Origin: an uncultured candidate division Zixibacteria bacterium | GTDB taxonomy: Bacteria > Zixibacteria > MSB-5A5 > GN15 > PGXB01 | DNA: 64,000 bases | Assembly: GCA_963702205.1 (NCBI GenBank) | Contig: OY969724.1 | Coordinates: forward strand, 2,720,001-2,784,000 | Direction: 5' to 3' | Part shown: in pieces, positions 37,982-48,353 of the stretch | Layout of the letters: every line of letters starts with the position of its first letter | How positions within the stretch are numbered: position 1 is the stretch's first letter | Position numbers and translations under genes: made by a program | The notes under the pieces: model-generated | Database searches by the model: none | The model's input: the letters and a program-made list of their open reading frames with translations, nothing else | Told to the model about the DNA's origin: nothing

Positions 37982-40900
37982 TTAGAAAAACGGGGCCCTC
38001 GTGCTGCCCGATTCCGATTTTTCCACTTTGATATCGGGAATTTGAATGACGTTGATAATAAACCCGTAGCCGGAATTGGAACCATTCGGCTTCCAATAGA
38101 AGCGGCCCTGCCAGCAGCCCATTTCGCGATGCACTTCGATACTTCGGCGAACCGTGTTGTCATTGGCGATGTCATAATACTGGGAATAAACTACATCCCA
38201 ATTGGGGCTGGGCTTGATTTCGAGCGTGAAGTCAATGGTATGTGTCTTGTTGAAGCTATCGCCCCGTCCGCTTTCCTGATAATAATGTCGCACGGATAAA
38301 TTCCAGGTTTGGTCGGACGTTTCAATATCGCCGCCCTGGCAGTTGGGATCGCTGCAGGGCAGGACCGAGCGGTAATGCCCAAAAACTCCGCTCGTGCTGA
38401 AACGGGTGGATATATTGAACGACTTCAGGTACGGAGAAAACAGGTTGAGTTCATCGGTTCCCGGTTTATACAGCTCGTGAATGATGCTACCGGACATATT
38501 TATGTATTTCAGGATGGACGTCTGAGCTGTGGTCGTCAGGTCTGAAAACTTGCGGCCTTTGGCTTCGAGATTGTACGACAGCGAATGGTTCAAAGTTAAG
38601 AGTGTCAGATTCCGGGACTGCTCACCGGACTTGACCTTGGCCTGGAACAGCTGGCTTAACGAAAAAGTCATCGACTGGCTTTTACTACTGCTGCCTCCGC
38701 CCGTCCCGGTATAGTTTTTCACGGCGTCGTTCTTCGTAATCTCCGGAGCATACGAATAGGCAATCCTCGGGGTCAGCACGTGGCGCAGCGCCTGCAGTCC
38801 GAACAGATTCGGCTCGACGTTTCCGTAAAGGTCGGTTCCCGCCGAAACCGACGCACTATAGGCATAGCGGCGATAAAATTTGGAAGCGTCGATCCCGGCG
38901 TCGATGCTTTGATCCGTCTCGAAAACTTTGTACCATGTTTCCTGATAAGGCATCGAAAGGGTGAACTTCAGATAGCGGAAAAGCGTAAACGGCGTCGACA
39001 GGCCGGTGCTGTGATTGACGACGGCGTATTCACGTCGGCTTTTGGTGCCGTCGGTCAGCGTATTTCTCGAACTGTAATTGCGCATGCTGATATTATAATT
39101 CATATAGATATCGTTGTACCACGAGCCTTTGGTCTGGCCATCATCGCTTTTTTTCGGTGAACCGAACAGCGGCCGCGACGGAAACGAAATCGACGCCGAA
39201 GGCAGCAGATCGCTCCGGGATTCTTCGTCAAGATTGTCGGTATGAGTAAACTGCGCGCTCAGGGCAGTGTTGCCGAATCGTTTGGCAATCGACAGCTGGC
39301 TTTTGATATTGCGGTTGAGCCGGTCGTTTTCGTTCGAAGAAAAATCGGTATAATAGCTTTTGTCGGATACGAAATTGCCCGAGGCCCGAATCGACATCGT
39401 CGGACTGACCGTTTGCGAGTGATTGACCACAAGGCTCCAGCGCTGCTGGCGAACCTGCTGGTAACTTTCGAATCTGCTGTCGCTGCCGAACGAGCCTGCA
39501 ATTGACCCGTTGAATTTATAGCGGACATTATAGCGAAACTCGCCGTTGAATTTCAGACCATAGTCTTCAAAGTAATCCATCGATCCTTTCAAGTCCCAGA
39601 ATTCAGACGCCGCCCAGTAATATCCGACATTTTGCAAATACCGCGAACCACGCTCGAAATTACCGATTTTGAACGGCAAAAAACCGCTGTGACGTCCGGG
39701 CTTTACGGGGAATACATAATACGGTACAATCATGAGCGGCAGCTTCTCGATACGAAATACCACCGGGCGGGCGATAATTTTATCGCCCCGGATCATTTTC
39801 ATATTTCGCGACCAGAAGCTGACACCGCCGTCTTCCCTATCGCAGGGTATGTAGACTCCATTCTTGACATAATAGACGTCTTTTTCGACCCGATACAAAT
39901 CCTGACCGTGATAAAAGGCCTGCTGATATTCGGTCTTCGACTGATGAATAAGTCCCCGCTCCGTTTCCAGAGAATACTCCATATATGATCCGAGAAGCTC
40001 CTCGGTTCCGTCGTTCAGAATAACAGGATAGTACACCAGCCCGGTATCATTGACTTTGCTCGAATCATCGTAAGCCAGCACCAATTGCCGGGTGGTCAGG
40101 TAATCGACTTTGGCCGCCGCCAAAGACATTTTCCCGCTGACCACTTTGGCCTGCCCTGTAAGCACGATGGTTGAATCGTCCAGATTATAATCAATGCGAT
40201 TGCCATTGTAATCGATGGTATCCACGACCGGACCCGTTAGAGTATCGTTGGCCGGTTTTTTCCCGCTCAAATACTGTCCCTCGGCGCCCCCGATGATGTT
40301 TACTTCGGACAGGGATTTGTCGACGAGGTACAGTTTTATAGTATCGCCCGAGGCATAATTTTTGACCGTTTCCTGGCTGTCGATTACGGCCGGATTGTAA
40401 AATGAATATGCCTGCCGCGCCGCGATGACCGTTTTTAAATCTCCCCCGGCGAAATAGAAATCCAGATCGAATGCCTTCAGCTCGAAATGATCCTGCCGGG
40501 ATGAGTCGCTTTTATTGGGCTCGGTGAAATCGCCTTTGGCGTCGCCCATGACGGTAATCCGATCGAGATTGCCCTTATGCGAGAAAAAGACGAGAGTATC
40601 GCCCGTAATGTAAGAATCCTTTCTCTGCGCAACCGGATTTCCGCCGAGAAGTGTAACGACGTCATTATCGCCGTACATAATCGCCCGTTCTGATTTCGAT
40701 TCGGTGTCCTGCTGTCGTATGACAACGTCGCCGTCGGCGTATCCGATTTTGTCGGCGGAATTGAAAGCTATCCGGTCGGCCACGATCTGAATCATGCGGG
40801 CGGTGTCTTCGAAATTGACGTACAGAATTGGCCTATTGAACATGCGGAATATCGATGAATCCCGGCTGAACCATGCGTTGTTTCCGATTGCTTTGAGCGA

Positions 40901-41261
40901 ATCTATGCGGGAGATTATAGTAACCTTTTTGCCGTTGGCCGTCACCGTACGTTTGGCGATATCGTAATCGATGATATCGGCGTCGATTTGGTTGGCAGTG
41001 TCCTGAGCAAGGGCATGCCCTTTGAGCCGAATGGCTTCGTCTTTGATGAACATAACCGTATCGGAGGAGAAAGTCCAGACGCCGTACGTGCAGACAACCG
41101 AGTCTTTGACAAATATCGTGTCTTTATCGTGACCACGAATGTACCTCGTACGACCCATAGGCATTGAGTCGCAGCCGTTCATCCTGGGCCGACGCCGTCG
41201 CGGCGACAACTGCCAGAATCAGGCATACGCCCAGCACACGAGACCAACTTCTACTTCGCAA
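37982..41261 (-). CDS. lptD: LPS-assembly protein LptD with extended OstA/LptA-like N-terminus (one frameshift near the 5' end as sequenced)
   Basis: C-terminal beta-barrel region with RHSGFL..GYYW. The signal-peptide exon-like ORF from TTG 41261 (RBS GAGGAG) joins the main ORF if one base at 41144-41145 is removed, giving 1092 aa. Confidence 0.75.
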
Positions 41262-42447
41262 GTCGCTCCTCAATTATCTTGTCAAATTCGCCGATATATT
41301 TTTCGATCCGGTCTTCATCGATATTCCCGACCTGTGCCAGCGTTGCCCCGCCACCACCTTTACCGCCAAATCGATCCATAAACTCACGCGCAAGTTCATC
41401 GGCCTTAATATTGGCGCCTTCGGAACATGCGATCAAAAGCCTGCTATTACTCGAAAAGGCCACCACCGCCTTGACTTTGTTGGCCGCCATCAGGGCCATA
41501 TCTTTAATCTGGTTGAAATCGTCAGTGGAGAAACGATTAATCAATAGTCTGATGCCGCCAAAATCAGGGGCCCGCTCGATCATTTCGTCAAGCTCATATT
41601 CAAACAGCCGTTTGTTTTGCCGGGCGATGGTGCGACGCAATTGTTGATTGTCTTCCGCCAGCCGCGACACTTTGTCAGGCAGATCTGCAAAATGACAGGT
41701 CAAACTCGTCACGACTGAAGTCGCCACCCGGTGCTTTGCCCGGTAATCGTCGAGAGCCGCATTGCCGCACAGAAACGATATTCGAAAGTGCCCCCGGAGT
41801 CTTTCGGTGCCGATTATCTTGATCGGGCCGACCTCACCGGTTCGGCTGCAGTGGGTTCCGCCGCAGGCATTGGTATCATAATCACCTATATGCACGATAC
41901 GGAAGGTCCCTTCTCGGTCGGGGATTTTGCGCAGAGGCAGGTTCTTTATTTCGCTTTCATCGTAAAATTTGGGCGTAATGGAAAGATTTTTCATGACTAT
42001 GTCATTGGCCAGCTTTTCAGCCCGGTCCATTTGATCGTCGGTCAGTTCTTCCGCTGAAAGCTCGATGGTCCCGATCTCGCCGTGATTGGCGCTGATAGTG
42101 TCGACGTCGGCGATCTTAATAAACGCTTGCGATAAAATGTGCTGCCCGGTATGCCGCCGCATGTTTTCCAACCGGCGGGCCATATCAATAATTCCTTCGA
42201 CTCGATCCCCGACTGCAAAGCGGCCCGAAACCACCACGTGGACTATTTCTTCCCGTTCGTTTTCGCGGATTGTGACGATGGCCGAACCGGCCAGTTGCCC
42301 CAAATCCGAAGGCTGTCCTCCCGCTTCGGGGAAAAAGGCCGTCTGGTCGAGGATAACCTCCAGGCCATCGTTGCTCCGCTCGACGTGGAGTACAGTCGCC
42401 TCGAAGCGATCCATATAGGGATCGTCATGAAAAAGTCGTTTGGTCAT
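41251..42447 (-). CDS. AlaX-type alanyl-tRNA editing protein with DHHA1 domain
   Basis: TAFFPEAGGQPSD, HTGQH, CGGTH, C-terminal GKGGG. Confidence 0.9.
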   Translation of the reverse strand: MTKRLFHDDPYMDRFEATVLHVERSNDGLEVILDQTAFFPEAGGQPSDLGQLAGSAIVTIRENEREEIVHVVVSGRFAVGDRVEGIIDMARRLENMRRHTGQHILSQAFIKIADVDTISANHGEIGTIELSAEELTDDQMDRAEKLANDIVMKNLSITPKFYDESEIKNLPLRKIPDREGTFRIVHIGDYDTNACGGTHCSRTGEVGPIKIIGTERLRGHFRISFLCGNAALDDYRAKHRVATSVVTSLTCHFADLPDKVSRLAEDNQQLRRTIARQNKRLFEYELDEMIERAPDFGGIRLLINRFSTDDFNQIKDMALMAANKVKAVVAFSSNSRLLIACSEGANIKADELAREFMDRFGGKGGGGATLAQVGNIDEDRIEKYIGEFDKIIEERLAK

Positions 42448-42547
42448 TTTATATGTGTTTTAGTCTATTCCCTATAGATTATACATACCTTGGAGCGGTC
42501 GGGAAAGCCTTTATTCACAATTTGATGAAATTAGGTTAGACCGGGGA

Positions 42548-43456
42548 TTATTCGAGTTTCAATTCCACCTGCTGAGGAATAAATCGTCCGGAATGGTTGG
42601 CCCGGAAATCAGCGCCGAGATAGAATAAATACCACAATTTCTGGGCGGTGCGCGCTCCGGAAGCAATCTGAAACAACACGAATTCGAGAAATATGCCGAC
42701 CAGACCTCCGATGCCGCCGATGACCATAAGCGCGACGTATTCCACAAAAAGCCAGATTATAATGAAAGGCAGGTAGGTAACAATATAAACTCTGATTATT
42801 TTCGTAAACCGGGGCCGGAAAAAATCGGCGGCAATTTTCAATATTTCTTTGAAAGTTTTATCGGGATCGGCGGCCAGCGCGGCTCTCGCCGAGTCAGAGA
42901 AAATGGAAGCGGCCAGAAGTATCAAAAATACTATTACCAGCTTCCCGAATAAAAAGATCAACGCGGGCGGGCCGATCAAATTCTGGCCGAACGCCGCGAA
43001 TACGTTGACAATAAACAGCCCGGAAAACAGAAGCATCATATAGACTATCAGCATCAACAGTGTAATTTTGATATGCCCGAAAAACCGGCTGCCGCACTCG
43101 TTCCAAACGTCTTTCTTCGATTCAGATATTTTCTTCCCGGAGACAACCACATAATAGAGCCCACCATTAATAAACTGCATGACAATCAGATATAAAATGG
43201 TTGCCGTCAGGATATAGCCCGCGAACAAGCCTATCGCGTCGCCTTTTTGAAAAAGCAATTCCACCAGCACCGACACATCCCAGCTGCTCATCAATGACTT
43301 TGAAAAAACTGACGGAGATAAAACCGCATTGGCCGACAAATAAACCGGGATGACAACAATCAATGCCAATATGGCTTTGACAAGATAAATTCCCAGCCAG
43401 AGCATTTTGGCGTCGACCGCCTTTTTTGCGCTTCTTATAAGGCTTTTAATCACCAC
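42548..43456 (-). CDS. multi-pass membrane protein
   Basis: About six TM segments; overlaps the end of the M1-like gene. Confidence 0.75.
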   Translation of the reverse strand: MVIKSLIRSAKKAVDAKMLWLGIYLVKAILALIVVIPVYLSANAVLSPSVFSKSLMSSWDVSVLVELLFQKGDAIGLFAGYILTATILYLIVMQFINGGLYYVVVSGKKISESKKDVWNECGSRFFGHIKITLLMLIVYMMLLFSGLFIVNVFAAFGQNLIGPPALIFLFGKLVIVFLILLAASIFSDSARAALAADPDKTFKEILKIAADFFRPRFTKIIRVYIVTYLPFIIIWLFVEYVALMVIGGIGGLVGIFLEFVLFQIASGARTAQKLWYLFYLGADFRANHSGRFIPQQVELKLE

Positions 43457-45234
43457 CCGCCTACCAAACTGAAAATTGATTCAATTATGAACATAATTCC
43501 CGATGTCAAACGTGCCGTAGGACGGCTGTCGGTGGCGATTGAAACCGAATTGTTGAACAGGTTTATATCGGCAGAGATTTTGTTGTCAGGATCAACGAAT
43601 ACTGATTTTACAGGATATTCCGACTTGATTTTAATTCGCTCCGAATATTTGTCTGAATCCCAGATATATGAAAGAGTGTCTTCATTGTACAAAATTACAT
43701 CATACTCAACCGGTATCAATGTCGTCCCAGTACGGCTCAAGACAAACTCACTTTCATAAGTTATAGAATCGACCTTATGATAGGATAAATCGGAGACGGC
43801 GAAGTCGAGATTTTCGCAAGTAGTGAGAAGGTATTCGGCTAGCTTTTCTAAATCGGGACCGCCGACGTCATTCAGAAGCGCTAAAAAGGAAACGGTCGAA
43901 ATGCGGTGAAAGAGGTTATCGGTGTAATATTCCTTCCAAAAAACCGATTCCAATGAATCACCCAATAGGTTGAAAATGGTCGCGACCGTCATGGCTCCAC
44001 GGTCATAGAACGTGCTGGTGCATTCGGCCTCTGATGCAAACTGGTCGGCTTGGGAGTTGACCGGATTTTTGCCTTCGGTAGCCAGGGCGCTGAGCCTTTG
44101 ATCGTCGGTGAACGTCGCCTCGAAACCGCCCAGAGAAATCAGATTGGCATTATCACCCCAATACTTCCGGGCTATCTTCTGCGCGAAGTATTCCGAGATA
44201 GATATATCAAGCCACGGTTCTTTATTGCGGTCGGATACAATCATAGCCTTGAACCATTGATTCACCACACCTCGCATCACCAGATATTCATAATAATTAG
44301 ACAGCAATGCTCCGCCTCGCGGCGAGAAGAGAACAATCATGCCGGGATAATCCAGTTCGACCTGGCGAACGGCGTTGATCAATGCTACATTCAATTCGGT
44401 ATATACAAATGGCCCGACATTTTCATTCATGTAGTCAAAGGTGAATCGGACTATATTCATCAGGTCAGGTTCGACTTTTGATTCGTAATCGCGATAATAA
44501 ATTTTGAAAGTTACGTCTGAATGCTGCGAACTATCCACCATATAATTCGGCGACAGGGCCACGGCAAAATCCGACGCCGGACCGAATATGTAAGAACGGG
44601 CAGTTTTGCCTTCAAGTGCGGTTGATTCTATCGGCGGTGATGGGGCGGCAATAATCAGGTTTTCCGGAGCGGTAAGACTGACAATATAAATATAATAATC
44701 ACTTTCGGGAACGGCGAATTGGCTGTAATCCGGCTGCCGCCAAGTTCTGCCATCATGCACCGCCGGGTACGGAAACCAGCCGCTCAGAAAGTACTCACCG
44801 TATGACGCCAACAGCGCTGTGCCGTATTCCGGCATGTGAGTCCTGAATCGAATACGGAGTTTTTGTCCGGCCGTGGTCGGTTTGCCCAGGTTCAGAATGC
44901 CCCGTGTTTTGTTCACTCTAAATTGTGATAATATATCAATTCCATCGAGAAATATCGAATCGATGCTTATAGATCCGTAAAATCCGGCTTTATTCAAGCC
45001 AGCGGGATTTTCGAAACTCCCGGAATAATCAGGAGCATAGCGGTTGGGCGGAAGTTCCAGTTCAAATGTGTTTGATGCCATATTCACCGGTACAGGAATC
45101 GTTATCGTGCCATTGATAATTTTCTGAATTGTATCAAGTGTCGCATCTACTTTGAGCGTGTCATATGGAAAAACCGATGGTGCAATCGTGAGAAAAACAG
45201 AAAAAACAACCGCTGTGATTTTAAGCAACATCAT
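43450..45234 (-). CDS. M1 aminopeptidase-like protein lacking HEXXH (probable pseudo-peptidase)
   Basis: M1 layout (GWFPYPAV, DFA, QWF..EPWLD, FYDRG, VDPD..D.N..NN), but VMRGVVNQWF replaces HEXXH and LDIS replaces LDEG. Confidence 0.75.
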   Translation of the reverse strand: MMLLKITAVVFSVFLTIAPSVFPYDTLKVDATLDTIQKIINGTITIPVPVNMASNTFELELPPNRYAPDYSGSFENPAGLNKAGFYGSISIDSIFLDGIDILSQFRVNKTRGILNLGKPTTAGQKLRIRFRTHMPEYGTALLASYGEYFLSGWFPYPAVHDGRTWRQPDYSQFAVPESDYYIYIVSLTAPENLIIAAPSPPIESTALEGKTARSYIFGPASDFAVALSPNYMVDSSQHSDVTFKIYYRDYESKVEPDLMNIVRFTFDYMNENVGPFVYTELNVALINAVRQVELDYPGMIVLFSPRGGALLSNYYEYLVMRGVVNQWFKAMIVSDRNKEPWLDISISEYFAQKIARKYWGDNANLISLGGFEATFTDDQRLSALATEGKNPVNSQADQFASEAECTSTFYDRGAMTVATIFNLLGDSLESVFWKEYYTDNLFHRISTVSFLALLNDVGGPDLEKLAEYLLTTCENLDFAVSDLSYHKVDSITYESEFVLSRTGTTLIPVEYDVILYNEDTLSYIWDSDKYSERIKIKSEYPVKSVFVDPDNKISADINLFNNSVSIATDSRPTARLTSGIMFIIESIFSLVGGW

Positions 45235-45982
45235 TTACCAGAGAACCGATGCCTTCGATCCTTACTTCAACCCTGTCCCCGGCCTCCAGCGGAGAAACGC
45301 CTTTAGGTGTTCCGGTCGAAATCAAATCGCCGGGATAGAGCGTCATGATTTTCGATATGTACGCTATCAGGGTATTGACGGGGAAAATCATATTCGACGT
45401 GCGAGCTTCCTGTTTCAGTTCACCGTTGACAAATGTCTGAAGCTGGAGGTCTTCATAATTGATGGTATCTATCACCCACGGACCGACCGGGCAGAAGGTG
45501 TCGAAGCCTTTGGCCCTTGTCCATTGTTTATCTTTTTGCTGCAGGTCGCGGGCGGTGACATCATTGACACAGGTAATGCCGAAAACGTAATCTTCGGCTT
45601 CGACTGCGGCAACCTTCCGGCATTCCCGCCCGATGACAATGCCCAGTTCGCCTTCGTAATCGACTCGGTCGGATTCATCGGGTCGTACGATTGCCGCACC
45701 GGGACCGACCAGCGCCGATGGCGGCTTGAAAAACAACACCGGTTCTTTGGGAATTTCATCTCCCGGCCGCGCCTCACCGACATGCTCTTTGTAGTTCAGG
45801 CCGACACAAATAATTTTCGACGGCATCACCGGGGCCAGCAGTTTTATCTGGCCGGGTACATAGCGGCGGCCTTCAGGTGTTCCTCCCCGGGCCGGGTCGT
45901 CGGACAGGCGCACAACGTCGCCGTCTTTATATATTCCCCACCCACGGCCGTCGGGGGCTTCGAACCGTATATATCTATCCAT
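45221..45982 (-). CDS. fumarylacetoacetate hydrolase family protein
   Basis: KIICVGLNY, FFKP, DYEGEL, NDVTARD, KGFDTFCPVGP, GDLISTGTP. Confidence 0.94.
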   Translation of the reverse strand: MDRYIRFEAPDGRGWGIYKDGDVVRLSDDPARGGTPEGRRYVPGQIKLLAPVMPSKIICVGLNYKEHVGEARPGDEIPKEPVLFFKPPSALVGPGAAIVRPDESDRVDYEGELGIVIGRECRKVAAVEAEDYVFGITCVNDVTARDLQQKDKQWTRAKGFDTFCPVGPWVIDTINYEDLQLQTFVNGELKQEARTSNMIFPVNTLIAYISKIMTLYPGDLISTGTPKGVSPLEAGDRVEVRIEGIGSLVNDVA

Positions 45983-46920
45983 TAACTTTTCACCAGTTCC
46001 TTTACATGTTCATATATGCACCGGGCGTTGGCATCGGGATTATACCCCCCTTCCACTACCGAGATCATGCGCCCACCGCTGTGCATTTCTGATACTTCGG
46101 CCAGCCTTCGGGTCATCCGGCCAAAATCCTGCTCGGTCAATGCGAGCCCGCCAAGCGGGTCATCCCGGTGCGCATCAAATCCGGCCGATATCAAGATAAT
46201 ACTCGGCTTAAAATCTTCAAGACAAGAAATAACTTTATTTTTAAAAATTTCCAGGTATTCCGTACCGGCCGTGGCAGGAGGCAGCGGGATATTGAGAGTA
46301 TATCCCTCACCATCCCCGGAACCGGTTTCATCGGCCCGGCCCGTACCGGGATAAAACGGATACTGATGCAGCGAAATGAACATTACATCGGAGCGACCAT
46401 AAAAAATATCCTGAGTGCCGTTACCGTGATGCACGTCCCAGTCAACTATGGCGATCTTCTCTATGTCGTGATAATGGGCCAGCGCCTCGGCCACAACCGC
46501 AATATTATTGAACAGGCAAAAACCCATCCCCCGGGTCCGGGTTGCGTGGTGTCCGGGCGGGCGACCGATCAATAGCAGGCGTTGAAAATTGCCTTTTGCG
46601 ACTTCGCGGGCACAGGAGACTGCCGCCCCGGCCACGTTGCAGGCGGCCTTGTACGATCCGGGGGCGATATATGTATCTTCATCCAGTCCCCAGCCGCCGT
46701 TTTCGGATATTGTCTTAACTGCAGCAATATATTCGGGCGTGTGTATTTTCCTGAGAATTTCGGAGGGGTCTTCATAAATATCTATAAATTGCAAATCATC
46801 GCCCAAATCCGAATTACGCAGATATTCCGGAACGGCGAACAGACGCGCGGCGTTTTCCGGATGATCTCCCGGGTCGGGATGCAAATCCTCATGGATCAAT
46901 GATATAATGCCGACTTTCAT
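45982..46920 (-). CDS. histone deacetylase family (class II-like) amidohydrolase
   Basis: HPE, RPPGHHA, GFCLFNN, DWDVHHGNGTQ, SAGFDAH, EGGY. Confidence 0.94.
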   Translation of the reverse strand: MKVGIISLIHEDLHPDPGDHPENAARLFAVPEYLRNSDLGDDLQFIDIYEDPSEILRKIHTPEYIAAVKTISENGGWGLDEDTYIAPGSYKAACNVAGAAVSCAREVAKGNFQRLLLIGRPPGHHATRTRGMGFCLFNNIAVVAEALAHYHDIEKIAIVDWDVHHGNGTQDIFYGRSDVMFISLHQYPFYPGTGRADETGSGDGEGYTLNIPLPPATAGTEYLEIFKNKVISCLEDFKPSIILISAGFDAHRDDPLGGLALTEQDFGRMTRRLAEVSEMHSGGRMISVVEGGYNPDANARCIYEHVKELVKS

Positions 46921-46970
46921 GCGAATAGGAATATATTATGCATGTGCCTGTGTCAAGGTTTTACAAAATA

Positions 46971-48320
46971 TCAGATTTCTTTTAATTTCCAGTGCCCCCG
47001 CGAGAACCAGTATAGTATCACGAGCGCTTTCAAAACCGATGTTACCGTCAACGACCACCATACCCCATTAATGCCGACGTCCAGAACAAAGCACAGAAAA
47101 TAGGCAATCGGCAGTCGGAGAAGCGAGCCGGTGATGGAAACCGTCATCGGCGGAACCGTATCTCCAGCGCCTGAAAAGGCCCCTTCGAGAATGATTTCAA
47201 TGCCCATAAACAGCTGAGACAGGCCGAGTATTATTAAATAATCGACGGCAATGGCTATTACGGCCGGATCGGATGAAAACGCTCTGGCGATCGTGCTCGG
47301 AATGCTGATAAAAAATATTGAAATTACTACTGTCTCGGCAATGAAGATAAACAGCGTCCCGTAGGCGCACCTGGCGGCCCTTTCCGGCTTTTTGGCGCCG
47401 AGATTTTGTCCCACCATAGTCGATGCCGCGGTGGAAAACCCGAACGATGTCAGAAACGACAGCGCCTCCATTCGGTTGCCGACGCCCATCGCCGCTCCCG
47501 CCGCATCGCCGTAATGGTGGACGATTTGTATTAGAAACCAGTACACCCCCACGAAGGTCAGATTCTGCACCGAAATCGGCAGACCAATCTTGAATATCTT
47601 GCCAATTAATTGAAAATCCGGCTTTATTCTGAAAATTCCCGTCAACGGAAACCCCAGCCGGTCTTTAAAAATTAAAATCAGGAAAATCACCAGGCTTAAA
47701 AATACCGAGATGATCGTGGCCAGGGCCGCGCCGGAAACTCCCATCCTCGGAAACGGTCCGACTCCGAAAATCAAAATCGGGTCGAGTACGATATTCAATG
47801 CCGTCCCCGACGCCATTGCAATAGTAGGTGACTTGGTATCCCCGGTCGCCCGAAAGGCCGCCCCGAAGGCATCGTTAATGAAGAACATGAAGACCGCGAA
47901 AAACAGAATTCTCAAATATGAAGTGCCATATCCGAGCACGACCGGGCTGGCTTTCATGAATTTCAAAATGCCTGGGGCTAAGATAAATCCGATCGTGACA
48001 AAAACCGCCGCGACCACGATGGCCGTATGAATCCCCTGCCGGAAGACGTAGGCGGCTTTAGCTTCGTCTTTGGCGCCGATAGCCCGGGATATTAGTGCTG
48101 TTAGGCCAGTAACTATAATAGAAATTACGGAAAAGGCCGTCCACGTGACAATCATCGACGAGACAATAGCGTCCTGTTCGGGCGTCCCGAGCCGACCGAC
48201 CCAGAAAAAATCGGTGACCGATAGTGCGAATTCCAAAAGCATCGACGCCACCACCGGCCACGCCAGCCGGAAAATGGTGGATAAAATAGGCCCTTCGGTT
48301 ATGTTTTGAACTCTTGACAT
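46971..48320 (-). CDS. MATE family efflux transporter
   Basis: ITEGPI, ~12 TM helices, NIVLDPILIFG..MGVSGAALAT. Confidence 0.92.
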   Translation of the reverse strand: MSRVQNITEGPILSTIFRLAWPVVASMLLEFALSVTDFFWVGRLGTPEQDAIVSSMIVTWTAFSVISIIVTGLTALISRAIGAKDEAKAAYVFRQGIHTAIVVAAVFVTIGFILAPGILKFMKASPVVLGYGTSYLRILFFAVFMFFINDAFGAAFRATGDTKSPTIAMASGTALNIVLDPILIFGVGPFPRMGVSGAALATIISVFLSLVIFLILIFKDRLGFPLTGIFRIKPDFQLIGKIFKIGLPISVQNLTFVGVYWFLIQIVHHYGDAAGAAMGVGNRMEALSFLTSFGFSTAASTMVGQNLGAKKPERAARCAYGTLFIFIAETVVISIFFISIPSTIARAFSSDPAVIAIAVDYLIILGLSQLFMGIEIILEGAFSGAGDTVPPMTVSITGSLLRLPIAYFLCFVLDVGINGVWWSLTVTSVLKALVILYWFSRGHWKLKEI

Positions 48321-48353
48321 TGGCAGTTATTCTAAAGGGATCAATGTGAACGG

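Noticed and set aside
45152..45985. 277-aa plus-strand ORF opposite the FAH gene
   Set aside because: Antisense shadow; the FAH reading has all family motifs.
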